A DNA stretch of 64,000 nucleotides from Azolla caroliniana (Eukaryota > Plantae > Polypodiophyta). Location: NCBI GenBank assembly GCA_043228905.1, contig JBHGNT010000007.1, positions 14,632,001 through 14,696,000 of the forward strand, read 5' to 3'. The position numbers were made by a program, and so were the translations under genes. Position 1 is the first letter of the stretch, and the number at the start of each line of letters is the position of its first letter. The notes beneath the pieces are model-generated. The model was not told the DNA's origin. It saw only the letters and a program-made list of their open reading frames with translations, and did not search any database. Positions 26,755 to 40,057 of the stretch are shown here, in pieces.

Positions 26755-29700
26755 GAATAGTACTTCGTGACGACATTCATAGACGACCACAACCGTTCGA
26801 GCAGATAATGGATGAGAATACCGTGGGTAGTTCGAGGAGTGCTGCCGGTAGATGGGAATCCGGCTCGAATTTACCATGCCGAAGATGCCGGAACTAAACG
26901 GGCTGGCCGAAAGAATGAACCGAACCATAATGGAAAGAGTCTGGAGCATGCTTGCACATGCCAAGTTACCCAGGACGTTTTGGGTTTATGCGTTGATGAC
27001 GGTGATCTATGTGATAAACAGATCACCCTCAATACCCTTGGAAGGAGACTCATTGCAGAAAGTATAGACCGGTACCGGCATCTTAAGGTGTTTGGGTGTC
27101 TCGCTTATGTGCATGTTGCAAATGACAAGAGAGCAAAGTTGGATCCGAAGTTCAGGCTATGCATATTCCTTGGATACAGCGATGATGAGTTTGGTTACCA
27201 AGTTTGGGATCTGGTCGACAAGAAGGTGTTCCGGAGTCGGGACATAGTCTTCATGGAAGACAAGACCATCGCCGACTGGGAGTTGGAAAAGAAGATGATG
27301 AACTCTGGATCATCCAATGAAAACCGGTTTGAGGACAGAAGGACCAACCCGGTTGAAAACCGGATGTTGGCCGGCAACCAGATGACACTCGATGAACCGG
27401 CCGGATACGGACAAGAAACCAAACCGACCGAAGAAGAAGAAGAAGAAGAAGAAGAAGAAGAAGAAGAAGACACCGGAACCAGACAAGATCCCGAATCAGA
27501 TTTAGATGAAGAACAAACAAAGGAACTGGTAGTTAGAAACCAAGGACGGAGATATCCTCTTCGAGAGAGAAGAGCCCCTTGGAGATTTCTGGATGTAGAG
27601 CACATATTGCTAACCAATGAGGGGGAGCCGAAAAGCTTTGAAGAAGCAAAGAAAGACACCCATAGCTGCAAGTGGTTGAGTGCCATGCAGGACGAGATGG
27701 ATTCCCTACATGACAACCACACGTATGAACTCACGGAGTTGCCGAAAGGAAAGAGGGCACTCCGAAACAAGTGGGTGTACAAGCTAAAACCGGGAGATGC
27801 CGGAAACCCACCGAGATACAAAGCCCGGATTGTGGTGAAGGGGTTCCAGCAGAAGAAAGGAGTGGATTTCGACGAGATCTTTGCCCCGGTAGTTAAGATG
27901 ACTTCCATCCGGACGGTGCTGAGCATAGCGGCAAGCCTAGACCTCGAGGTAGAGAAACTAGACGTAAAGACGACGTTCCTCCATGGTGACCTCGAAGAGG
28001 AGATCTACATGCAGCAGCCAGAAGGATTTGTGAAGAAAGGGAAGGATCATTTGGTATGCCGGTTGAAGAAGAGCTGATACGGACTAAAGCAAGCTCCTCG
28101 TCAATGGTACCGGAAATTCGACTCCTTCATGAACGACCAAGGGTACCACAAGACGCATGCCGATACTGCGTGTTTGTGAAGAAATTTGACGGAGGGGATT
28201 TCCTGATATTCCTCCTATATGCGGATGATATGTTGATCGTCGGACGAGACCAAGGAAAGATTCAGATGTTGAAGAAGGCTCTGAACCGGACCTTCTCAAT
28301 GAAAGTCTTGGGTCCAACAAGACAGATATTGGGAATGCACATCATCTGGGACCGGTCGAAGAAGCTATTGTGGTTGTCACATGAGAAGTACGTGACAAAG
28401 GTGCTCCAACAATTCAACATGTTGGAGGCGAAACTGGTCGGATCGACACTTCTGGCAAACATCAAGCTATCTGGAAAACAAAGCCTGAGGACAAAGGTAG
28501 AGAAGATGGATATGATGAAGATACCATATGCCTCTGCCATCGGAAGCTTGATATATGTGATGGTATGTACCCGGCTTGATATCGGATATGCAGACGGAGT
28601 GGTGAACCGGTTCATGAGCAATTCCGGAAGAAAGCACTGGAACGTGGTAAAGTGGGTACTCCGGTATTTGAAAGGAACCTAGAGTATGTACCTCCGATTC
28701 GGCTTCGATAAACCCCTCTTGGAAGGCTTCACTGATTCGGATATGTCGGCTATTGCGGATACCAGCCGGTCTACATCCGGATATGTCATGACATATGCAG
28801 GGGGAGTTGTTTCGTGGCAGTCGAGGCTGCAGAAGACGGTTGCATTGTCAACCACGAAGGCGGAGTACATGGAAACTGTGGAAGTCAGCTAGGAGATAAT
28901 CTTGATGAAGGACTTCATTGGAGAGCTAGGGATTCAACATGAGGAATATCGGCTCTACTACGACAGTCAAAGTGCCATCCACCTTGTGAGGAACGCGGCC
29001 TACCATTCCTAGATGAAACATATCCAACGGAGGTACCACTGGATCCAGGAGAGAGTAGAAGATCAAGAGTTCATGCTGATGAAGATCCACACGGAGGACT
29101 ATGGGTCGGATATGCTGACCAAGGTGTTGACAACCGACAAGCTGGACGCGTGCCGAAAGCGGATCAGGTTGACGAGACATCCCATGCTGGAGTGAAGGGG
29201 GAGATTGTTGGGAAGTCTGTCCCTTCGTATGGGATTCAGGCATGAATGAAGAGAACCTGGTGAGAACCGAAAGAGATCCGGAAACTGGATCGGATGGATC
29301 CGGTGAGAACCGGAAAAGATCCGGAAACTGGATCGGATGGACCCGGTGATAACCGGAAGAGAAGACATATTTGTAAATATGTTTTGAGTAAGCCTATTGA
29401 GGCTATATTTGTAAATAGCCCTAAGTTCATATGAGTATAAATATGACCTAGGGCAATCACAGAAGGTAGTGTTGTCATATTGTTGTATGTGCATAACTGT
29501 TGTATAGAGAGAGAGGAGATACAGAGCGATACTCTATTGTAACCGCCGCTTGGCGAAGATACAGAGCTCAAGGTCGTTGCCTCTGAGTCTCTGATTGTAC
29601 CTTTCTTATATAGTGATAGTTTGGAGTCTGTGGGCTCCCGTGGTTTTTCCCTATTAGGTTTTTCCATGTAAACATCATGTGTACTTTCTATTGTTTGTGT

Positions 29701-29802
29701 GTGCATGTGTACTAATCTCCAACCCCATTTCTGTGTTAGATTCTCATCGAAGTGATTCAAGACTCTGTTGTGGCTGAGCAATATTCTAAGCTATTTCCTA
29801 CA
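26755..29802 (+). mobile_element. 3' part of Copia C (Tnt1-like): decayed INT-RT-RNase H, PPT 29191-29204, 3' LTR 29206-29802
   Basis: LNGLAERMNRT, KLDVKTTFLHG, LLYADD, GFTDSD, ALSTTKAEY; PPT agtgaagggggaga; LTR TGTTGG...CCTACA aligns with the LTRs at 59926 and 62090. Confidence 0.88.
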
Positions 29803-29902
29803 TCTCCTTCTTCAATTTTTCTTAGACGAAGACGATGCTTTTTATCAAAATTCTCCTTGTTCCTCAATCGAGCCTCACGCAACCGTTCTATTGCTAACTC
29901 GA
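29803..29902 (-). pseudogene. Left half of an older Gypsy integrase relic (F-like lineage) split by element D
   Basis: Reads ..LAIERLREARLRNKENFDKKHRLRLRKIEEGD, continuing ..QRPKDVE from 48337-48622. Confidence 0.8.
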
Positions 29903-30340
29903 TGTCAGTCAGGAACAGTACTAAGACAGAGAAGGAATTAGTACTAAAAGAAGTATTAGTACTAAGAGAGGTGAAGAACTCTCGAGAGAAGGAAAGAGTG
30001 AGTGAGAGGGAGGGAGAGAGAGATCGAGAGAGAGAGAGAGAGAGTGATGATCAGAAAAGATATATATTATGTGAAGAAAATGTACAGTAGCTAGGAGGCT
30101 TAAGACTGGCATTGAACCGATTTGGTTCGAAATAATGCCTTGTGCCTCCTTTTATAGTGTTCTAAGGAATACTCCTGAAGTTTCTAGAATGTTCCAGAGA
30201 AATCTGGAATATACATCAATTTTCTATAATAAAACATAAAGGAAAATAATATTCTATGTATTACAATGTATAGTCTAATGGTCGAGAGCTCGACCCATGT
30301 AGTATAAGGTCATGGGTTCGAGTCTTGCCATATCATGATA
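29903..30340 (-). repeat. 3' LTR of chromovirus D
   Basis: ~97% match to 47889-48336; adjacent to PPT. Confidence 0.93.
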
Positions 30341-33300
30341 CTATCCCCCCTTTAAAACGACGAGTGTAACGAGTCGTTTTGGATTGAGGACCCGGTTTGT
30401 CTGGATATTGACGATGGAAGTTTCAAGAAGAGCACGAGCATTGGTGACATTCTCTATCGGTTCCCAAGTACGCTCGCTGGGACTATATCCTAGCCAATCG
30501 ACTAGATAGTAGAGCTTGTTCCGAACAAGCTTGGAATCAAGGATGGAGGCAACCTCGTACTCAGGTCCATCTTCAAGCTCGATCGGGGGTGGAGGCTGTG
30601 TAATACGTCCTGGGATGGTGCTTTCTTGATAGGGTTCGAGGAGAGAACTATGAAACACCGGATGTATCCAAAGTTGTGGAGGTAGATCAAGACGAAAAGC
30701 GACATCATTAATCTTTCCGATAACACGAAAAGGACCTAATCGCCGATAATCCAACTTCTTGCATGGGCGAGTAGTCTTGATGTGTCGTCGGAGTAGCCAT
30801 ACCCGATCTCCAATGTTAAAACTAGATGAGAGTCGATGACGATCCGCATAAACCTTGTGTGTTTGTTGAGCTTGTTGGAGATGAGTAGATAAATCCGCTT
30901 GTATCTTGCGTAACCTCTCCAAACGATCCTCTACGCAAGGATTTGTGGACACCTCTGGGGTTTCAAGTACACACCACCGGGGGTGACATCCCGTATAAGC
31001 ATAAAATGGCGTAACTTTCGTGGATGCGTGGATAGAGTTGTTATAGGAAAATTCGGCGAAGTGGAGAATATCTGCCCAGTCATCCTGATGATAGCTGAGA
31101 AAGCACCGCAGATATTGCTCCAGCGTTTGATTGGTTCGTTCGGCCTCGCCATCGGTTTGTGGGTGGTAGCCGGAGGAGAGGTTACAAGTGACCTTGAGCA
31201 TGTTAAAAAGGTGCTTCTAGAATTTTGACACGAACTGGGGTCCACAGTCGCTGATGATACTATCGGGAAGTCCATGATGTCGACATACTTCACGCATGAC
31301 AATTTCGGCAATGTCTTCACTGGAGATCTCCTTAGTACATGGCAAGAAATGAGCCATCTTCGTATATCGATCGACCACCGTTAGAATCGCATTGAACCCC
31401 TTAGAGACCGGAAGATCTGTGATGAAGTCTAGAGCAATGGATAGCCACGGCTTGTTTGGAATTGGTAATGGTTCTAATAAACCATATGGATGATGCCTTG
31501 GCATTTTCGCTCTGCAGCATGTATCACAAGTCCGAACAAAATCCTCGACAAATTGTTGCATACAGGGCCACCAGAATGATCGTTGTACTAAATGTAGTGT
31601 TTTAGTACTACCAAAATGCCCAACTGTATATGTGTCATGACAGTTTTGTACTACTTGAAGGCGGCAAGAACCATTAGGAACATACAAAAGTTCTTTAAAG
31701 AAGAGTAATCCATCATGGTATTTGAATTGCCGATAGTCCGTACCTGGTGGTTGCGACTGTGAACACGACGCTCGAGAGGGATCAATTTGTGCTAATATAG
31801 GTTGGGCGAACGCATCTGTCTTCAAGTCTTCGCATATGGTATCGATAACGCGGGAATCCATAGGCATGTCAAAGATCTTTGTTGCTTGTAGTCGTGCCGG
31901 TCCCAAGATGACTTGTTTTTGGTTATCGAAAGCTGGCTCCCCGGGACGGGGTGCTAGGTACGAACGCCGTGATAATGCATCGGCCTTCCCTTGGTGCTTC
32001 CCCAAACGATATGTAATTTTGAAGTCGAAACGCGTGAGGAAGTGGGCCCACCGAGCTTGACGTCGATTCAACACACGAGCATCTTGAAAGTAGGCAAGGT
32101 TCTTGTGGTCACTAAATACGGTGACCGGATGAGAGGATCCCTCCAGAAAATGCCTCCATTGCATAAAAGAATCCATTATTGCCAATAGCTCCTTATCATG
32201 AATTTCGTAGTTGATTTCCGCGGCGTCAAACTTGCGTGAGTGAAAAGCCACAGGATGTAGCTTCTCATCATTCCCCTGTTGTGACAGAATGCTCCCCAAT
32301 GCAAAATCCGATGCGTCAACTTTGATAATAAATGGTTTTTCTGGATCGACATGAGCTAGAATTGGAGCCGATGTAAATGCCTTTTTAAGACTCTCGAAAG
32401 CCACGTCCGTTTCTTTAGACCAAATGAACGGTTGTCCCTTCCTGGTAAGTTGTGTGAGAGGTAGAACGATCTTTGAGTAATCTTGTATGAACTTCCGGTA
32501 AAAATTGGCAAAGCCTAGGAAGCATTACACATCCCGCACCGAACGTGGAGTCTGCCATTCTACCACCGTTTTGACCTTAGCTGGGTCCATGGAGACGCCT
32601 TCTGACGGAATGATGTAGCCGAGAAATTCCACTTGGTTGCACCCGAAACTAAATTTTTCCAGCTTTGCATACAGACCATGTTCTCGAAGTCGTTTTAGTA
32701 CTAATAGTACATGAGAATCATGTTCTTCTTGGGTCTTTGAATAAACCAGTAGATCATCCAAATAGATGATCAAACAATCATCCAATAGATCTCAGAATAT
32801 ATCATTAGCCATGCGCTGGAAGACTGCCGGTGCATTAGTGAGGCCGAACGGATGACCGTATACTTGAAGTGCCCATATCTGGTGCGAAACGCGGTCTTCC
32901 ATTCGTCTCCTGGTCGGATCCGTACGAGGTTATATGGTCCCCGTAAGTCGATCTTCGTGAAGAACCTGGCACCATTGATCGTTCTAAAAGACTTGAGATA
33001 AGGGGAAGAGCATACCTATTCCTGATTGTAACCTTATTCAGGCCACAGTAATCTACAACAAGACGAAGCGATCCATCCTTTTTCTTGACGAAGAAAATGG
33101 GCGCGCCGGCTGGAGATTTCGAATGCCGGATGAAACCATTTTCCAAATTCTCCTCTATATAGGCCCGAAGGACTTATAGCTCAGTTGGTGACAAATTGTA
33201 TATCGGTCCCCATGGCGGCTCTTTTCCCGGTTGTAAATCGATGGGGCAATCGTACGGTCGATGATGAGGAAGTGTGTTGGCTTGTACTTTATCAAACACA

Positions 33301-33869
33301 TCGGCGTAATGACGATACTTCTCGGGAAGTTGAACGATGGATCCTTCTTTAGTGGTGCTGGAGGGGTTTACTGATATTGCAAAGAGGAACATTTCCTCCT
33401 TGTGCCCTTCTTTACGCAACTGACGTAGCGAAATGGTTGCCATCTTCTGAGTTGACCCTTGGGTTTGTCGACACCGGATTTCTCTTGTTCTCCAATCTAT
33501 GTCTGGGTTATGTAACTCGAACCACGGTAATCCTAAAACTATGGGATGTTCTGGGATACTAATAATATTAAATGATACTACACATGCTAAGTTATCTAGG
33601 ACAATATTAATGGGCTCTGACTCTTCTATGATATTTCCAGAAGCAATGGGATGTCCATCAATGACTACTACAGAGGCTGGACACTGGAGTTTTCTTAGGG
33701 ATATCTTATGAGCTTGAGCAAATTTCTTATCCATAAAGCAAGAGTTAGCTCCGGAATCTAGGAGTGCTAGGACATGTACTGGAGGGGTACTTTTAGTACT
33801 AACTATTACTTGGGCTACGAACACATCACTAACTTGCTTAGAGGGAATGGAACCACTAATGGGCTGCAC
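30341..33869 (-). pseudogene. Chromovirus D pol (PR-RT-RNase H-INT-chromodomain), several stops/frameshifts
   Basis: ALLDSGANS, IYLDD, VDASDFALG, ALDFITDLP, YHPQTDG, GPF, chromodomain EYEVASILDSK..YLVDWLGYSPSERTWEP. Confidence 0.93.
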
Positions 33870-34360
33870 AGATCTAGGGCTGTCTGTTGAGAGAAAAGCT
33901 CAACATCGGCCTGATCGGCTGAAGAAGCCGAGGACCGGATCGGTTGGTACCGATCGGTTAGGCCGAGTGCGTAAACCGGGAGGTCGTTAGGAAAGATATT
34001 CCATGAGGAATATATTTGGGAGTTAGTGTAGGAGCTCTTGATGAGCATTGAAGTACTGTCAGTACTTCGGTCAGTCCTTCTAGGACTTGTATAAAAGTGT
34101 TCACTGAGCACGTCTTATGTACAGACTGAGTATTATTGTTGAATATAGTTCTTGTGTTCTCTCTCACTCTCTCTGTCTCTCCTGCGTATACTGCGTAAGC
34201 TCAAGCTCTCCATTAAACCTGAGTTTTCTTCCTTCTGTTCAGTCTTCATACCTGCTTCCGCACGCTACTTTCTACATGGTATCAGAGAGCGAGGGTTGAG
34301 AACCTCTCTGCAGCCGACACAGCTTGACGAAGAAGAACAAGAAGAACGATGGATAGAGGC

Positions 34361-37300
34361 ATGGCGAGCTCGCTTCCAACAGAGAAGCTCGACAGAACCA
34401 ACTACGTGTCTTGGTCCTACAAGATGCACCAGTACCTGCTCGGGCACGACTACTGGAGTTATGTCGAAGGAGCTAATGACGCGGCACCCGAATCGACACA
34501 GAGAGACTTCCCGTCGTGGGAGCAATCGGCGAGCAGGGTATTATACTGCTTCGCGTCGTGTGTAGGCGAACAACTATTGAGCTATGTTCGGGATGCAAAG
34601 ACGCCGAAGGGTGCGTGGGAAAATCTGAAGAAGATTTTCGCCGCGAGCACAACAGCCAGGAAGCTTCAGCTCCGACAGGAGTTGAGCAACCTACGACAAC
34701 GCGACTTGTCGGTGGCGGACTATACCTCGAAGATCAAGGATATCTGCGACTCCCTCACCTCCATAGAGGTGAACATCGAGGAGAGCGAGATGGTCCAGAT
34801 CTGTCTCGGAGGTTTGGCGTCGAAGTTCGGAGCTTTACGAACGGCTGTGTGTACCCGGGAGAATACGCCGTCCTTTTTCGAACTACAGTCAATGCTCCTG
34901 GTAGAGGAGAACCACGCGGGTGCGTCTACAAGCACGCACACCGACATCAGAATGCTGTACACGGAGGGAGATAGGCCCCGTGGACGTGGAGGACAAGGCG
35001 AGTCAGCGCGCAATGCAGGCGGCCGACGAGATCAGGGAAGAAGGCACCGAAGTGATGCCGACAACAACTCCGGACCCTTCGGAAAGAGGGGGAGTCGAAG
35101 CGATGAGAACCGGCAAGGGAAGTCCATCACGGAGTGCTGGTACTGTGGCAAGAAAGGCCACAGGGAAAGTGAGTGCTGGAAGAAGCGCACCGATTCGGAG
35201 AGAAATGGTTCCAGGAACGGCTCCAGACATACCGACAAGGGAAATCGGCAGCGATCGCACTACGCCGAAGACTCCGGGAGAGCCGGAGAAGGGTCTGCCT
35301 TCGTGACGAGACACGAAGAAAACTCAATAAAACAGAGCACCCCGAGATCGGACGAGGTGTGGTACGTAGACTCCGGCGCGTCAAACCACATGAAGAGCCA
35401 TAAGGAGTGGTTCTCGTACCTCGAAAAACCGATACAACCTGGAGTAGTCACAACTGGAGACGACACTTCGCATCCGATCGCGAATGTCGGAGAAGTTCCC
35501 CTTAGTCATGTCAGGCAGAAAGGGAAACTCATGAACGTGCTACACGTTCCGACAATCACGAAAAACTTGGTCTCGGTCGGACAGATCGTTGACCAAGGGA
35601 TGGAGGTTCGGTTTACACACCTCGGGTGCTTCATTGAGGAAGAAGGCCGTGTGATTGCGCAAGGGCGCAGAGACGGGAGGATGTTCATCCTCGACTCCAC
35701 TGATGGTGGCACCGCAATGTTCGCGAAGGGAAGAAAAACCAAGTCGGACATCGCCTTGTGGCACAAGCGGATAGGCCACGTCACAGCATCTTCAAGATCT
35801 GCAATCGAAACAGGTAGTGTTCGGATTGCCCAAATTTAGTGGCCGAAAGGCACAAATTTGTGAAGCCTGCCAGCTCGGGAAGCAACACCGACTTCCTTTC
35901 CCCAATGAGCGAAATCGGAGCCGGAACAAGCTCGACCTTATACACTCCGATGTATGGGGGCCGACACAAAATGTTAGTCTTGGCGGGAGCCGATATTTCG
36001 TCTCCTTCATCGACGACCACACGCGGCACACGTGGATCTACCTCATTGAGAGGAAGAGCGAAGTCTTCGACTGTTTCCGGGACCTCAAAGGGTTCGTGGA
36101 AACGGAAACGGACGAAAGATCAAGTGTTTGTGGTCGGATGGCGGGAAAGAGTACTTTTCCGGTCAATTCAACGGTTATCTACAACAAATGGGAATTCGGC
36201 GCGAATTCAGTTGTAGATACACGCTAGAGCAGAACGGCATGGCCGAGAGGAAGAATCGGTCAGTTGTGGAAGCGGCACGGGCAATGCTGGAGGAGAAGAG
36301 CTTGCCCAAGTTCTATTGGGCCGAGGCGGTAAGGACCGTGGTATACATCCAGAACCGGATTGGAGACAAAGTGTCGGCGCACGAGCTATATTTCGAAACG
36401 AAGCCGAACTTGCGACACTTGAGGGTGTTCGGTAGCATTGCGTATGTGCATATACCGAAGGAGAAAAGGAGGAAGTTGGACGCAAAGGCCGAGAAATGCA
36501 TCTTGGTCGGTTACTCGGACGAGAAAAAGGGTTATAAATGCTATAACCCCTGCACCAAACAAGCGCGTGTTAGCCGCGACGTTGTGGTTGACGAGTCCGC
36601 GTCCTGGTACCAACCCCCGACTCCGAACCCCGAGTCCAATCCATGTTCTGACGATGAGGTCAGCGAGGCCGAGATGCCTCCGGATGAGCCCGAAATCGAG
36701 ACCCGCGAAGAGAGTCCGATTTCACTCCGCTTAAGTGGACCGATTGGACGACTAAGTCGGTACGATCAGTCCGATGAAGAGCCGGCGAGTAGTGGAGACT
36801 CGGCCGTGCATTCCCCGCGCAGGAAGCCGAGGAGACAACTTATGCGCAAAGAGAAAGGGAAGAAGAAGGTGTCGGATTCCGGCATGGAAAGGAACGAGTC
36901 AGACCGACGCGAGTCCGACTCCGAGGGAACCGGTGACGGGTCTTTAAAGGTGAAGACCGCGTCGACCGAGAAGGCCTCGACATCGGCTAATGTGAGATTA
37001 CGCCGATCTACCCGCCAAAAGAATCCTGTTTTGCGGTTCGGATACAACGAGTACATGGCGCATCATTATGCGTACATGACCCGTGTAGTGGAAGTGCGTG
37101 AGCCGGAGAGCTACGCAGAAGCAGCTAAAGACGCGAACTGGCGTGCCGCGATGGAAGAAGAGATGCACGCATTGGCGGAGAACGAGACCTGGGACTTGGT
37201 TGACGCACCAAGAGGGGTAAAACCGATCGGGTGTAGGTGGGTGTACAAGGTGAAGTACAACACCGATGGCTCGGTCAACCGGTACAAGGCTCGGCTAGTG

Positions 37301-39100
37301 GCAAAGGGCTACGTGCAGAAACACGGCATCAACTACGATGAGACGTTTGCGCCGGTTGCGAAAATGACGACCGTCCGTGTTTTGCTCGCAGTAGCCGCGG
37401 CCAAGGGGTGGCACTTACATCAGATGGATGTAAAGAATGCGTTCCTGCAAGGTGACCTTGAGGAACAGGTGTACATGGTACAACCCCCCAGATTTCACTC
37501 TGGAACGAACTCCTCGGCAGTATGCCGACTAAAGAAGTCCCTTTATGGACTGAAGCAAGCCCCGCGTGCCTGGAACGCGAAGATCACGCAACAACTGCGT
37601 TGGATGGGCTTCGTCATGTCAAAATCGGACTCTTCCCTGTTCATCCGGAAAGGTCGACTCGGACCGGTTAGTATTTTACTATATGTTGATGACTTGGTCA
37701 TCACCGGTGCCGACCTAGATGAAATCGACCGCGTGAAGCTCCAGCTTGCGGCATCGTTCGACATGAAGGATCTGGGGGACCTTCATTACTTCCTCGGGAT
37801 CGAAGTGATCCGTACCCCCGAAGGCATATTGATCAACCAACGTCATTACGTGCTGGGTATGCTCTTCAAACTCGGGATGGCCGACTGTAAGTCCGTCTCG
37901 ACTCCTCTGGACAGAACCATCAAGCTTCGTCCCGATACGGGAAAGGTATGCGACCCGACGAGGTTCCGACAAATTGTCGGAAGCCTCATATGCTTGACCA
38001 TCACCCGACCCGACCTCAATTATCAGGTCGGGATGATCAGTCAGTTCATGGCGCGACCTACCGAGGAGCACCTTCATTGTGCACAACGCATACTTCGGTA
38101 TGTCAACGGCACTAAGGACCGAGGACTTCTATATCGGACCGGTGCAGCCGCGCAGTTAGTCGGCTACACTGATGCTGATTGGGCTGGCAACACCGCCGAT
38201 CGCCGATCCACGTCCGGATACGCGTTCTCCCTCGGGAGTGCCGCGATCGCGTGGAGTAGTAAGAAGCAGCCGACAGTTGCACTGTCGAGCACCGAAGCTG
38301 AGTACCGAGGAGCGACTGTCGTGACATGCGAAGCCATATGGTTGAAGCGGCTACTTAAGGACTTGCACGTGGAGGTGTCAGATCCGACGACGATCTACTG
38401 CGACAACCTCAGCAGCATCCAGCTCGCGAAGAACCCCGTTTTCCACGCACGGACCAAGCACATTGAGGTGCAATACCATTTCGTCCGTGAGCGTGTCCTT
38501 TCCGGTGAAGTCGAACTTCACTACGTGCCGACGGATCGGCAGACAACCGACATCTTCACAAAGCCGCTTGGTTTGGACAAGTTGCGGAAATTCTCAGGTG
38601 CGCTCGGGTTGCGTCACCTCGACGTACCATGCTTGAGGGGGAGAACAGTCCCGAACGACCAAGCAAGGCAGCAGGAAAGGAGCGGAGACCGCGACACCGA
38701 GTCTGAGTCGGTTGACTTGGTTGTCGAGTTCGAGTTCGGATCGGCTGAAGAAGCCGAGGGCGGACCCACGGAAAAGTCTGAAAGCGGACAAAAGGGGAGC
38801 AGCCTAAGGAGAGAGCCGATGCCAACCATGCATGGGGGAGATGACGCAATCGAGGACGAGAAGACCGAAGACGAGTTGGAGACAGCCAACTCGGACGAGA
38901 GCGAAAACCGATCGGAAGTAGCCGAGTCGGTTTGGATGTTTGATTCAGATACGCTGAATCAACCGAGGCCCAAGCGGAAGAAAAGGCAGCAGGAGAAGCG
39001 TCAACACCGCAACAACATAAGAGTTGATAAGGGCCTCATGAGCAGACAAGCCGACCGGAAGGGTCAAAGCGCACGGAGTCGAACAGGTCGAGGAGCATGA
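34361..39100 (+). pseudogene. Copia E gag-pol with two frameshifts (~35785, ~36115) and an extended C-terminal tail
   Basis: CWYCGKKGHRESEC, WYVDSGASNH, LIHSDVWGP, QMDVKNAFLQG, LLYVDD, GYTDADWAG, KHIEVQYH. Confidence 0.92.
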
Positions 39101-40057
39101 GCGAGGTGTGAAGCCAGGAGGAACCGGAGCTGTGAGCTCGAGGATCCCGAAGAGCCTCGAGTTGAGCTTGAGGGGGAGTGTTGAGAGACAAGCTCAACAT
39201 CGGCCTGATCGGCTGAAGAAGCCGAGGACTAGATCGGTTGGGACCGATCGGTTAGGCCGAGTGCGTAAACCGGGAGGTTGTTAGGAAAGATATTCCATGA
39301 GGAATATATTTGGGAGTTAGTGTAGGAGCTCTTCATGATCATTGAAGTACTGTCAGTTCTTCGGTCAGTCCTTCTAGGACTTGTATAAAAGTGTTCACTG
39401 AGCACGTTGTCGCGTTGTTACGCGCGTGCGTGGAGAAACAAGGCGGGACCATCGGGGTCTTGAACTGAAGAGCAGGTGATAGAAGGGGAAAGAGAAAGAG
39501 AGAGACGCCCGGTCACGTACGAGCAAAGAAACACAGGGGGAGGGGGGGGCATGACCCGTCAACACAGAAGACGCGAATGGGCACAGAGACAGGGAGACAC
39601 AAGTGTTTGTATATTAATGAATATCAATTACACAAAAGAGCACGCGAGCGGTTACAACCGAACAGGCCGGCGAACAGATGCCGATGCCTGTTCGTCTTCG
39701 CACGAAAGGAGAAAAGGGTGGAGGTGCTGCCGGAAGCACACGGGCGTTCCTCGAAGCAGCGCGAGCCTCCCGAAACCCTGCAGAGAAGAGCGATGGAGAA
39801 CGAACAGAGGAGAAGCGTTCGGTTACGGTCCGACAACACTTCATCCTCCTTAATGCGCGATCCCTTCTTCATGCGTCTCCCTCTCCTTTATAGCGTCAAG
39901 AAGGGAGCCGTCTCCCTCATTTACTTCCTACCTACCGAATCTAACTACCCGGATATACCTTCGTACTTAATTCCCTATTATATACATTAAGGGCGCGCAT
40001 ACGTGAAGAGCCGGTTCATGCGAGCTATGCACCGATTGCGCCAAGGGACGGTTTTCT

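Noticed and set aside
29741-29749. TTCTCATCG as the end of the Copia C 3' LTR
   Set aside because: Alignment with other C LTRs continues to CCTACA at 29802
30264-30336. Functional tRNA gene
   Set aside because: No anticodon arm or acceptor stem; reported only as tRNA-derived boxes
39577-39990. Antisense ORF in both F LTRs (137 aa; 191 aa at 45812-46387)
   Set aside because: Shared only because the LTRs are copies; GC-rich DNA gives long chance ORFs; no domain recognised
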